Assembly (NCBI RefSeq): GCF_006345805.1
Contig: NW_021834565.1
Location: 1 to 55,999, forward strand
DNA from: Octopus sinensis
Taxonomy: Eukaryota
Length of the DNA: 55,999 nt
Reading direction: 5' to 3'
Shown here: one piece after another, positions 1-12,600 of the stretch
Position numbering within the stretch: position 1 is the first letter of the stretch
Layout of the letters: each line of letters opens with the position of its first letter
Made by a program: the position numbers and the translations under genes
Notes under the pieces: model-generated
What the model was told of the DNA's origin: nothing
What the model saw: only the letters and a program-made list of their open reading frames with translations
Databases searched by the model: none

Positions 1-41
<41 letters not shown>

Positions 42-95
42 TAGTAGTATAGTAGTAGTAGTAGCAGCAGAAGCAGCAGGCAAGCAGACAGCAGC

Positions 96-139
<44 letters not shown>

Positions 140-435
140 CATCAGCAGCGTTGATTTTGCATGTTTGTTTTGCTTCTTGGTAATGTCACTTTTGGTAATG
201 ATGATACTGATGATGATGATGATGAAGAAGGCGGGCGAGGAGGAGGAGGAGGAGGAGAAGAAGAAGAAGAAGAAGAAGAAGAGCAACAACAACAGCAACA
301 ATATGGCGATGTTTTTCCTGATGTCAATGATATTATGGTATCGATGGTTGTGCTGGTGGTGGTGGTGGTGGTGGTGGTGGTGGTGGTGGTGGTGGTGGTG
401 GTGGTGGTGGTAGTGCTTTTACTGCTGCTGCTGAA
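1..435. repeat. Compound trinucleotide microsatellite (GCA/GTA, GAT, GGA, GAA, CAA, GGT)
   Basis: Directly visible runs; ORFs here are homopolymeric amino-acid tracts. Confidence 0.95.
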
Positions 436-589
436 TGTGCTGCTGGTGGTGCATCCTTCTCGTTTATGCTGTTATAGCCAGTAATTTATGTTGTGAACGC
501 AAACATTGCTCCGTGTATTTCTGGTGTCTATCAAGAATGAAATCTGTCTCATTCAGTTCGACAGTGTGTATATGCTTATATGGTTAGCT

Positions 590-637
590 CTCTATTTAGC
601 TATCCATCTATCAATCTATCTATCTATCTATATCATC

Positions 638-679
<42 letters not shown>

Positions 680-710
680 ATCTATTGTCTATCTATCTAT
701 CTATCTATTT

Positions 711-752
<42 letters not shown>

Positions 753-753
753 G

Positions 754-803
<50 letters not shown>

Positions 804-855
804 GGTCTGTCTCTATATATCAATCTATCTATCTATCGATCGATCGATCTATCTA

Positions 856-899
<44 letters not shown>

Positions 900-903
900 A
901 ATA

Positions 904-955
<52 letters not shown>
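590..955. repeat. (TATC)n, (TC)n and (TA)n compound microsatellite
   Basis: Directly visible. Confidence 0.95.
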
Positions 956-1035
956 GGATAAAGTAATAAGTAAACACATAAATGTGAAACAAGGTGGAAT
1001 AAAGAGTACTCAAATACCAGTGGTAGAGTAATATG

Positions 1036-1211
1036 CTTTATTTAAGCAGCAGAAAATTCAACAAAATCTGTTACTCTGAGCTTCTCGTTGCCGTTCATCA
1101 GGACAGTTTTTGCTAGAATGGACTAGCATTCTAGCAAAAAAACTGTCTGATGAACGGCAACGAGAAACTCAGAGTAACAGATTTGTTGAATTTCTGCTGC
1201 TTAAAATAAAG
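1036..1211. mobile_element. Fold-back (about 85 bp inverted arms, 6 nt loop) of a Penelope-like terminal repeat, flanked by (TA)n
   Basis: 1036-1120 is the reverse complement of 1127-1211 with a few indels; loop GACTAG; each arm contains a hammerhead-like motif. Confidence 0.75.
1143..1180 (+). ncRNA. Minimal type I hammerhead ribozyme-like motif
   Basis: CTGT-CTGATGA-ACG GCAA CGA-GAAAC TCAGA GTA-ACAG: stem I CTGT/ACAG, intact CUGAUGA and GAAA, stem III ACTC/GAGT, GUA site. Stem II is only CG/CG with a GCAA loop and an A.A closing mismatch. Confidence 0.6.
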
Positions 1212-1215
1212 TATA

Positions 1216-1271
<56 letters not shown>

Positions 1272-1685
1272 AACACACACCACACACACGAACACACACA
1301 TAGTTCGGTGTGAAATTGTGAAATGCCAAAATATTTCACTGTAGTAAGCTGCTATTGCAAAACAAATGTTTTTACATTCATCAAAGGAACAACAATAACA
1401 GTGACAAGAGGATGGCAGTTTTACCTGGAAACTATTTAATATGTGTATGTTTGATCGTTTCTTATTAATAATACAAACGTTTAAGCAAATCTAATCATTG
1501 ATTCCATATATTAAAAGACCACCCTGTCGGCTTTTGAAACAAGCGTCCATCGTTTAAATGAACTTATAGTGCAAGGTCATCACTTTACTTATTACGCTAA
1601 TAGCAAATAATATTTTGTTATGGTCTTTCTAAAGTTAATTAAGCAGGTGTTTCTATTAATTAAACAGGTATTTTCATTTTAATTG

Positions 1686-1837
1686 CCGTATTTTCCCGTG
1701 TATAAGCCGCACCATTTTGTAATTGATTTTAACTGGAAAAAAAAAACTGGGCTGTAACGGGGCAATGATAAAACTGAGAAATGTTGTAACTAGACATATT
1801 GTACATTGAGATGCGGCTTATACACGAGTATATACGG
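1686..1837. mobile_element. MITE with about 27 bp imperfect TIRs (Tc1/mariner-pogo style)
   Basis: CCGTATTTTCCCGTGTATAAGCCGCA at the left and TGCGGCTTATACACGAGTATATACGG at the right, followed by TA. Confidence 0.7.
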
Positions 1838-2250
1838 TAGGCCTCATATACCTCCACAAGGATGTTGATGCGTTATAAATTATTGATGAATTGCATCTAG
1901 CCGAAAAGATAATTTCTAGTAATAACTAATTTTATATTTTAATAGATATAGAAGTATTTTTATTTTGGAAATTTTCAGCCTCATTTTCACATGATGCGGT
2001 CAACCCGAATCAGAGAGGAAGAATATATTAGCCGAAAAACCCTTTCCTGAGATGTTCTTCCCGCTCTGAATACTAGCCTAATAGAAAACTCCAATGTTCC
2101 ATGAAATTTTGCCAGAAACACCTCAACAAGAAAATTTTAACGTTGACGATGACAATAAAGTTCGCGTCTTAAAGGAAATTTAGTAGTGCGTAATATTGAA
2201 TTGCTATCTACAGCAAAAAAATGCAATTTTTGCTAATAAAAATAAGCTAG

Positions 2251-2510
2251 AGGCGCGGGCGTGGCTACGTGGTTCCGGGTTCAGTCCCACTGCGTGGCAC
2301 GATGAGCAAGAGTCTTCTAACATTGTCTCAGTTTGACCAAAGACTTCTGTGTGAATTTGGTGGAGGGAAACTAAACGAAGCTCGACGCATATGTGTGTGT
2401 GTGTGTTTGTATTTATGTGTGTATGTCTTTGTGTGTGTATGTGTGTGTGTGTCCGTGTTTGTTTGCCCCCCACAATTTGAGAACCGATGTTGTTGAATTC
2501 TTTACGTTCC
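2251..2510 (+). mobile_element. tRNA-derived SINE family A, degenerate and partial
   Basis: GGTTCCGGGTTCAGTCCCACTGCGTGGCAC head as in the full copy at 14567. Confidence 0.75.
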
Positions 2511-2759
2511 CGAATTCTTGCTGTTCGACATATAGCTTCTTAACCCAACAGCTGTTTCAGGAAGTTCGAATTATATAATAATCACAATATTCATGATAAT
2601 TAGTAGAAGGAACGTGCAAACGTTCTGAATATGCAACCGGTGAATTATCGCGTGAACATATTACTGTAAGTCCTGCTTCCTTCGTCAAGAGAAAATTTAA
2701 GAGAATAGGTGCTCTATTCTTAGTATTCTGTATTTTACTTGCTCTCCGTAAATATGTTT

Positions 2760-2975
2760 GTACACACACACACACACCACACACACACACACAGAATCAC
2801 ACATACACACATATACATACGCATATATATATATAGATAGATAGATATACACATATATATATGTCTATGCCTGTGGATATATGTATATATATGTATATAT
2901 TTGTATACATATATAGATGTACATATCTATATATATAGATGTACACAGATGTATATGTAGATATATATATATATC

Positions 2976-3007
<32 letters not shown>

Positions 3008-3466
3008 TTATTTATGTATATATATATATAATATTGTCAGTAAATATGTGTGTATCTATGTAGACTTTTAACTGTATGTATATATATCTAAGATTGTATG
3101 TATGTATGCATGCATGTGTATATGTATGTATGTGTGTATGTATGTATGCATGCAGGTGTATATGTATGTATGTGTGTATGTATGTATGTGTATATGTATG
3201 TATGTGTGTATGTATGTATGTGTGTATGTATGTATATATATGTATGTATGTATGTGTATATGTATGTATGTGTGTATGTATGTATGTATGTATGTGTATA
3301 TGTATGTATGTATGTGTGTATGTATGTATGTGTGTATGTATGTATGTATGTATGTATGTATGTATGTGTATATGTATGTATGTATGTGTGTATGTATGTA
3401 TGTGTGTATGTATGTATGTATGTATGTGTGTATGTATGTATGTATGTATGTATGCATGCATGTATG
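2760..3466. repeat. (CA)n, (TA)n and (TATG)n microsatellite tract
   Basis: Directly visible. Confidence 0.95.
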
Positions 3467-3579
3467 AATATACAGTTACTGTAATAGATTTTGTGACGTC
3501 ATTCTCTGTATCATTGATACACTGGCATAGTTTTCGGATATGACGTAAGGTTGAATTGTGATGGATCAAAGATGGCAGC

Positions 3580-3937
3580 AGTGGTCGGATAATGCATGCG
3601 ATGGTAGTGATAAGATGGCGTGTGGGTGTGTGGCGGGGGATGGGGGTCATGTGGATAATGGTGATTGCAGTGGTTATATAAGCTGTGGTGACGGTGGCAA
3701 TGGTCTGTTATTGATACTATAATAATGATACGACTGGTATATATGGGATTTCACAGGAATGGTGGCGGTGGCGGCGGTGGCGGTGGTGGTGGTGGTGGTG
3801 GTGGTGGTGGTGATGATGAGATGATTGTGGCAGTGGCGGCGATAGGTTGAGAGCGGTGATGGCGGCGGTGGTGGTAGTAATGCTGCCAGTGATCTTGGTC
3901 GTAGTACTACTGGTAGCAGCTTTCATATAACTGCTGC

Positions 3938-3968
<31 letters not shown>

Positions 3969-4646
3969 GGTGATGGTGGTGATGATGGTGGTGGTGGCGG
4001 TGGCCGCGGTGGTAGTGGTGGTGTTTTAATAATGGCGACAGTGGTGGCCGTATTGGTAATAGTGAGTTTGATAATAGTTGTGATGCTGCTTATAAAAATT
4101 GATGTAAGCGGGGATGGTGAAGATGATGATGATAACGATGACGATGATGATGATGATGATGATAACTATGACGACGACGATGAGGATAACAACGACAATG
4201 ACGATGATGATTATTATGATGATGATATTAGTAGTGTTTGTGAAGGTGGTGGTAGTGATGATGGTGGTGATGATGATGAGATGACGACGATGTTGTTGAT
4301 GATGATGGTTATTATTATTATGATGATGATGATGATGATGTTGATGTTAGTGGTGGTGGTGGTGGTAGTGGTGGTTGTGGTGAAGATGAAGGTGATGATG
4401 ATGATGACGACGATGACGGCGATGACGACGATGAAAATGACTTCTATTATTATGATGATGATGATGACGATGTCGATGATGGTGATGGTGATGATGATGA
4501 CGATGGCGAGGACGGCTATGACGATGATGATAATTATGATGATGATGATGTTAATGGTGGTGGTAGTAGTGGCTTTTGTGATGGATATGGTGATGATGAT
4601 GAGGACGACGACAACGACGGCGACGATGACGATGATTATGTTAGTG

Positions 4647-4706
<60 letters not shown>

Positions 4707-4740
4707 AGGGGATGGTAGTGATAGTGATGGTTGTGCTGAC
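3580..4740. repeat. Degenerate (GGT)/(GAT)/(GTA) trinucleotide tract
   Basis: Directly visible. Confidence 0.9.
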
Positions 4741-5189
4741 GATTACACAGAACCTATTAACATCTGTAATTTCGTTTGTTTTTGTTTTGTATTGTTTCCT
4801 TTTGTGGGGTGGGAAGGAGGCGGGGTGGTTGCGCTTTTTCTTAACTTTTGGTTAACTCTGTCTCGCAACAAAAAAGCTTTCCAACCGTAAACATTGCCTC
4901 TCATTTTCAAAACATCTAGCTAGGACCTCATTATCTATTTTTGCCCCATCCGCTGTTGTTGTTGCTGTTTACGATGTTGTTGCTTCTTGCTTGTTTGTTT
5001 GTTGAGCGAAGCGGTCTTCGTCCCAGAGCTCGCAAGATCGCGCCTCAGGATCGTTTCTAGTGGGAAAAGTCCGAAACGTGGTCCTTTGCTATTCGTAAGA
5101 CCCGCAGAAGACAAAGCAGGTCAACCTCCGACACCGAGAACATCGATGGATGGATGAATGTGCATCCAGGCTCAGTGGTTGCGTAGGAA

Positions 5190-5395
5190 GTCGGGGACAA
5201 GGAACAGGAAGAAAGAGTGAGAGTAAGTCGGAGCGAAAGAGTACAACAGGGGTCGCCACCACGCCACTGCCGGAGCATCGTGGAGCTTTTAGGTGTTTTC
5301 GCTCAATAAACACACACAGCGCTCGGTCTGGGAATCGAAACCGCGATCCTCCGACCGCGAGTCCGCTGCCCTAACCATTGGACCATTGCGCCTCC
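5190..5395 (-). mobile_element. tRNA-derived SINE family C
   Basis: Minus strand GGAGGCGCAATGGTCCAATGGTTAGGGCAGCGGACTCGCGG...GGTTTCGATTCCCAGACCG with Pol III A and B boxes; second copy of the head at 51325-51513. Confidence 0.85.
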
Positions 5396-6521
5396 ACTGT
5401 TGTCGCTGCTGTTTTACACTGGGACAAGCTTTAGGCCAACGATAACATGTGCTCCTGTTTGAATCGTCTCAAATTTTGAGGAAATTGCCCACGACGGGAA
5501 CTGGTAGAGTTGTTAAATTGCCAACCGAAATATCTTGCCGTAATTACTGCCACCCCCTGTTCTCTGAATTCATATCACTCTGAGATGAACTCTCCGTTTC
5601 GCCCTTCCGGGTTTGACAAAATGAATAACCAATCTGCAGCAATGTACAGCAGGATACAAACAGAGTCTCTTACGGTACTTGCTCCGTCTCTTTACATTCC
5701 GCTTTCGATTTGTATCATGTCCTACCTGGTTGATAGATTAAACCCATAGCTCGATCGAAGACCTTCACTCGGTCCCTTTGGTGCTTTTATTTCAGTCTCT
5801 TCTGTTGCGACATTCGCGATCGACAAAATAAAGCTCCAGTCTGAAGCGGTGAAGTAGTGAAACCTTTACTGTGTCGCATTGGATCCCCTGTGCTGTTTAG
5901 TTTGACTCTTTGCATTTTGAGCTCAAATCCCACCAGATTCCATCGGATGGCAGACTAAACCTTTGGCTCAATTTAACATCATTAGCAGAACTTTGCACGC
6001 ATTTAGACGCATTCATTCTGTTGCAAGCACTCGGACCAAGTCATTGGTTAGAGGTCACTATATTCTTGAATCCCATCAAAAAGTGCCTATGGTCCTGAAA
6101 AGGGATCCAGAGAATGTCCTTCCTCCTGGAACATTATCTAACATGTCCTTCTCTCATTTAAGGTAGTAGTTCGTGACTTGGAGAGAGTTGTTGCTGTTAT
6201 TTCCAGTCTATCGCTCGACCTCAAACAGGCTTTCGTAAGATGAAGGCGAAGAAGATGAATACATGTATAAATGTGATTCAGGAATGTACAGTTAAGTGTC
6301 TGCGTGACCTCTGACCCTTCACCCTTCACCCTTATATCCCAATGGATTTCCCAGTCGTTCGTTTTCTAATTTATCAAAATGACTGAAGAGAATATTTCAG
6401 TAGAGTTTAGTTTTAATGGCTTCAATACTAAAGGTAGCGGTCAGCGTCTACGATATGTGTGTGTGTATGTGTGTGTGTGCGTGTGTATATTTATGTATAC
6501 ATACATACATACATATATATA

Positions 6522-6566
<45 letters not shown>

Positions 6567-6587
6567 GAGAGAGAGAGAGAGAGAGAG

Positions 6588-6995
<408 letters not shown>

Positions 6996-7089
6996 TATAT
7001 TTGTTTGTATATGCGTCGTATTTGACCCATATGTTTATATACATACATATATATATGGCTGCATGTGTGTGTGCATATTCTCTTATTAA

Positions 7090-7315
7090 ATATGTGGCTA
7101 CATAAATGGATACAGACCTACATACGTTGATATAACTGTATATATGTGGAATATGGTCAGTGTAGCTCTGAGAAGACCATTGTTCAAATATGGAATCAAC
7201 TCGCAACTCTGTAGAATGTAAGGTATGTATATGTATGTATGAGCTACACTGACCATATTCCACATACAGTTATATCAACGTATGTAGGTATGTATCCATT
7301 TATGTAGCCACATAT
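7090..7315. mobile_element. MITE-like element with about 76 bp inverted repeats
   Basis: 7090-7168 is the near-perfect reverse complement of 7241-7315, with a 72 bp spacer. Confidence 0.7.
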
Positions 7316-8003
7316 ATACACGTTACACCGCCACCTATATACACTTTCTAAAGGTCACGAAATTTGACCTTTTTTCCACCATGTCTTTCAGGTTATATTT
7401 TTCTTTTGTTTATTTGTTTCTAAAAACTCAACAATTCAAAGCGAGGCTTCTGGTTGGAGCCACGTGCTTAATTGAACTGTCACGTCTGTCGATTAACTCT
7501 TTTTCCGGCTCTTGTTCATCTTGATTTTGCTGTTGTTTTTTGTTGTTTTTTGTAGTTTTCGTTGTTGCTATAGTCACAGCTTATTTCGTATTTGATTTTT
7601 TTTGTTGTTATTTTCTAATTCTATTGTTTTTCTTTCGACGTTGTTACTGTTATTGTTGTTGTTGTCCGCTGTCGTCGTTTTGGCTGCCTGTGTGCCGGGT
7701 GTCAAATTTCTAATGGTAGGCCTTTTACTAAACAACATTCTTCAATACGGTTTCTAAACGTCGATGGATCCTTTTTCTTTAATTTAAGTCCGTTTAAATG
7801 TTTTAAAGACAATACAAATGTATACACATACAACTTTGTATTTCTCCCCTGAATAATAAAGACAGAAATTGTCAGCAATCTAGATTAGGACCCGTATATA
7901 ACCTTTGATTTTACATACCTTCTTAAAAATGGAGCATTACGTACCCAGACGTTTTGCTCACCTCTGTCACCAACAATTATTATTTTGATTTTGTATTTGG
8001 TTT

Positions 8004-8401
8004 AATGCGGCGAGCTGGCAGAATCATGAGCATGCCAGGCGAAGTGCTTAGCGGTATTTCGTCTGCCGCTACGTTCTGAGTTCAAATTCCGCCGAGGTCG
8101 ACTTTGCCTTTCATTCTTTTGGGGTCGATTAAATAAGTACCAATTACGCACTGGGGTCGATATAATCGACTTAATCCGTTTGTCTGTCCTTGTTTGTCCC
8201 CTCTGTGTGTAGTCTCCTGTGGGCAGTAAAGAAATAGGTATTCTGTCTGTCTTTATGTTCTGAGTTCAAATTCCTCCGAGATCGACTTTGCCTTTCATCC
8301 TTTCGGGGTCGATAAATTAAGTACCAGTTGCTTACTGGAGTCGATCTAATCGAATGGCCCCCCTCCCCAAAAATTTCGGGCTCTGTGCCTAGAGTAGAAA
8401 A
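8004..8401 (+). mobile_element. Dimeric tRNA-derived SINE (family B monomer + 5'-truncated B2 monomer) with a 17 bp TSD
   Basis: A box TGGCAGAATC, B box GAGTTCAAATTCC, core GTCGACTTTGCCTTTCAT; GATTTTGTATTTGGTTT at 7987-8003 and 8402-8418. Confidence 0.9.
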
Positions 8402-9399
8402 GATTTTGTATTTGGTTTGTGTTGTAGAAGGATCCTAACCATCCTCACGTGACTGAAAGTGGACTAACACATTTCATTAAAATAAAGAAATTGTGTCAAC
8501 TCTACCGCTGTCAACAAGTGACAATTCACAGTTTCTTTATTTTATAATCATATCCAAATATTTATTTGGGTAATACTATTTTTACACCCCTTGTGCACAA
8601 CTCATGACGTAACAGTTTGCAAGATTTTTTTATGTGATAACGTGTATTAAAACAACTTTGCTTGTACCTTGAGACGGTCATTATGCCAATGGTTAAATAC
8701 ACACGGGTTCTATTTTACTTCTTTTACTAATTTCTTTTAACTAGTTCGCTATTTAACTCATCAACGGATTTATTATTCGGTTAATAGTGCAGTTAATCAA
8801 CCAACCAAATTCGTCAGTGTCCTTTTGTCGTCATTCGTGATTTCGTCAATGATTTTGCTATACCAGATTTAATAAGTACTTTTTAATTTTTATTCCTTTA
8901 AAAATAGCGCAGCCCTAACAGCCATGAGACAAGTTCTTCACAACTAACTAATTATCTGTTTGTTTCTAATTCAAGTTGTAATATGTCGACAGAAACCACC
9001 AGGATTCAGGGTTCTAACGATTATGTTCCTCGTTGATTATCAAATAGCTTTCTATTAAACCTTGAAATATTTCATTGTTTGTTTCGAAGGATAGATTTAA
9101 TCCGTCACCTGATTTAACTCCATCACTTGGCATTTAGGTGTTTTGAGCGGAGCCCACAGAATCCCGTTCGCTGCAATCACTTAGTCTGGTTTGTGACTTG
9201 AGGATACCTTCCTCACATTCTCCATCCACTAGTCATGGAAGCCCTTAAAGAGCCAAAGGTACTGCTTTTCACGTTTGACAAAATGACATAAAAATACTTT
9301 GCTGTCTGTGAACTTGCAGTTCAGTTCATACTATTATAATAGATGTTTTGAATTTTGGTACAACGTGAGAATTTTTAGATGAAGGAGAATAACACAATT

Positions 9400-9790
9400 C
9401 CTCTGACCCCGATACATGACTGGTATTTTATTTTATCGACACCGAAAGGATAATAGGCCAAGTCACCGTCTGTGGAATTTGAACAGAGAACCTAGAGAAA
9501 CAAAGGAAGTAACGCTAAGCATTTTATCCGAGGCGCTGACGATTCTGGTAGCTTGCTACCTTGCAATATTAGGATAATCAAAGACGGTAAGCTAGCGGAA
9601 TCTGTAGCGCACCAAGGTAAGACACATAGCCGCATTTCATCAGTCTTTACGTCCTGAATCCAAATTCAGCCGAGGTCAGCTTTCATAAGGACCCCTTTCA
9701 TAATTTCGGGGGTCAATAAAGTAAGTACAATTTGATCACCGGCGTTAACTCCTCCTCCAAGCTTGCTGGCTTTGTGCCAAATTTTGAAAC
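9400..9790. mobile_element. Two degenerate family B SINE relics in opposite orientation
   Basis: TTTATCGACACCGAAAGGAT (minus) and AAATTCAGCCGAGGTCAGCTTT (plus) match the family B core. Confidence 0.55.
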
Positions 9791-10224
9791 CAATATTAAA
9801 ATAATAAAATGTGAAGAAAGAACTTGATGGGTTCATATAAAGGAGCACATGAATGAGGCCCTTGAAACACATTTACAGTAGAGTACGCTTCCAAACGTGT
9901 TGAGAGGAAGTTACTCAATTCAATATGGTCGCAATAAATTGCCGTATCACACGTGAGGAGATTAAGTTGCAATCAAAACTCGTTCAGAGTAAATTTCCCC
10001 TTCAAATATGTACAGAGCAGACCCATTCAGATATCTTTATAGTTGAAGGTTGTCATATGAGCATGTTCATAGCTGGCTCCCATCTAATCATGTTCAGTAT
10101 AGGATGGCCACTTAAATATAATCAGAAGAGGACTATTCCATTGTTTTTTTAGGCACAGGTATGGATTTGTGGAGATATATGTATGTGTGCATGAGTGTGT
10201 TCGTTCGTGTGTGTGTGTGTGTGT

Positions 10225-10239
<15 letters not shown>

Positions 10240-10260
<21 letters not shown>

Positions 10261-10430
10261 TTTCTCTCCTACCATCACTTGACAATCACTCTTGATAACT
10301 TAGTGGTTTGGCAAAAAAGACCGATAGAATAAGTACCAGGCTCAAAATATAAGCAATGTGGTCGATTCCTTCGGCTATAACTCCTCAGGACGTGCCCCAG
10401 TATGGGCACAGTCTACTAACTGAAATAAGT
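10240..10430 (+). mobile_element. SINE family A 3' half, degenerate
   Basis: GACCGATAGAATAAGTACCAGGCT...CCCCAGTATGG. Confidence 0.65.
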
Positions 10431-10968
10431 GAAAACTAAAAATAATATAAAGATTTAAATGCCTAAAACATTGAATGAAGATTTTTCAGCAGACTATTGG
10501 TGCTGCCGGTTTAGTTAAGTTCTCTCCGAGAGTACTTCAGGCGAGATTTCAAGTTACTGTTATTAGAGATTTAACAACGGATCTGTTTATTTAGATATTC
10601 TTTAGAGCGGATCTGGCCGATTATTTACTCACGACCAGAGAAGTGTTAATCTCGGCTCAAATGGATGTTACTTATACAAGGTTCAAGTGATCTGACGATA
10701 GTATGTTTGTATGTATTCGCTGCTTTCTTCCAAGGAATCTCGTAACCTTAGCTTAGTTTTTCCTTGGGGCTGACCAGATTGGAGCCATATCGAGTACAAC
10801 CAGCCGAAATTGCAAAGATAATCTGGAACTCGACTGAGGAAAGAAAACTCCTTTTTTCTTGTCTCATTTTTGTATCATCTATCTGGATGTTTTGCGTTCT
10901 TGTCCAATTTTTTTTATATCCCTTTACACACACACACACATATGTGTGTATATATTATATATATATAT

Positions 10969-11006
<38 letters not shown>

Positions 11007-11190
11007 TGAGTGAGTGAGAGAGAAAGAGTGACAGATAATGTCATTTATCGTCGTTTCAATTCATCTAGCGTAACATACCGGTCAAAGCAGAATATATTCC
11101 ATTCTTGAGACAGTTTGCGTGTTAAGTGTGGGCTAACGATAATAAACAAATGTGTGTGTGTGTGCGTGTGTGTATGTGTGTGTGTGTGTG

Positions 11191-11233
<43 letters not shown>

Positions 11234-11794
11234 CTTAGGTGATCAAATCATAAATAATCGACGCTAAATGGAATTTCTTCCTGGCTCAAGTGATATCTCT
11301 ATTTAAAAAATCGGTCACAGTGAAATATATACCTCGCTCAAATCATCAAGCTATTTAAATAAGCAAACACTAATAAAATAAAAATAAAAATTAAAAAAAA
11401 TTTAGGCTATCTTCTGGCACTTAACCAACTTTTCTCGTTCTACAGAATATTAGTGTCTTGCTATATTTAAGTTGCACTTTACACGGTTTCCTGTCCAATA
11501 ATGTCAGTATTTCACAACTCAAACTACAGTTGGGGCTGACCTTTACAATATAAAACTCTAAGTTTCATTCTCTCTCCCTCCATTTCTTTCTCTGTCCCTC
11601 CCTCTCTTTCCTTCTCCCTCTTTCTCTCTAACTCTCTCTCTCTCTCTCTCTCTCAGTTTCATCTATCCCCACACTCCTTCCTCTCATTGATATCCTCTGC
11701 ATGTCTCACTCTCTCTCTCTCTCTCATACTCTTTTACTCTTTCTCACTTTTTCTTTTTGTATTCGTCACTTCCTCCCTTCCTTTATATATATAT

Positions 11795-12192
<398 letters not shown>

Positions 12193-12408
12193 TTGTACGA
12201 GATAACAGAGATCCACAATATGAAAAGACTTAATGAGTCTATCAGATTAAGAATATTTGGTGCTTAATCTCTTCTTAAAACATATCTGGATGGCCGACTT
12301 TCGTCTCTACAGAGAAGACTAGTAAATGTGTGATTGCTGGCACTTAAAAATAATTATAAACCTATAGAATGAATCTTAGAGAAAACATTGCATAATTCCT
12401 TTTGCTAA

Positions 12409-12600
12409 CCCGTAAGAATCCACAAACATCAAATCCGACAAGACGAACTACGGATAATTCCACTGAGGAAACATTTAGAAATATGTAGAAAAGGAAAATT
12501 CAAGATCTTCCACTTTTATAAATGCTCAAGGAACGCCCCAAACTTCCGAAAGACAATGAAACTATATTTCATAGAAGTTCTCACCAAAATTAAACGTTTG
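12409..12600 (+). pseudogene. Penelope-like element ORF remnant, C-terminal half of a GIY-YIG endonuclease
   Basis: Hand translation PVRIHKHQIRQDELRIIPLRKHLEICRKGKFKIFHFYKCSRNAPNFRKTMKLYFIE resembles the PLE GIY-YIG pattern R..H..QI....IP...H...C....F..F.FYK......R...E..FI (from memory, not searched). Confidence 0.65.

Noticed and set aside
1085-1095. A-to-G difference between hairpin arms as a fossil of ADAR editing
   Set aside because: A single transition is indistinguishable from ordinary mutation.
5055-5085. GGA AAAG TCC GAAAC GTG GTC hammerhead-like half
   Set aside because: Core is scrambled (CTAGTG) and there is no stem I.
5340-5395. tRNA gene-like sequences at SINE heads (also 14567, 22015, 43181, 51513)
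   Set aside because: They have A/B boxes but no complete cloverleaf, and they continue into multi-copy SINE bodies.
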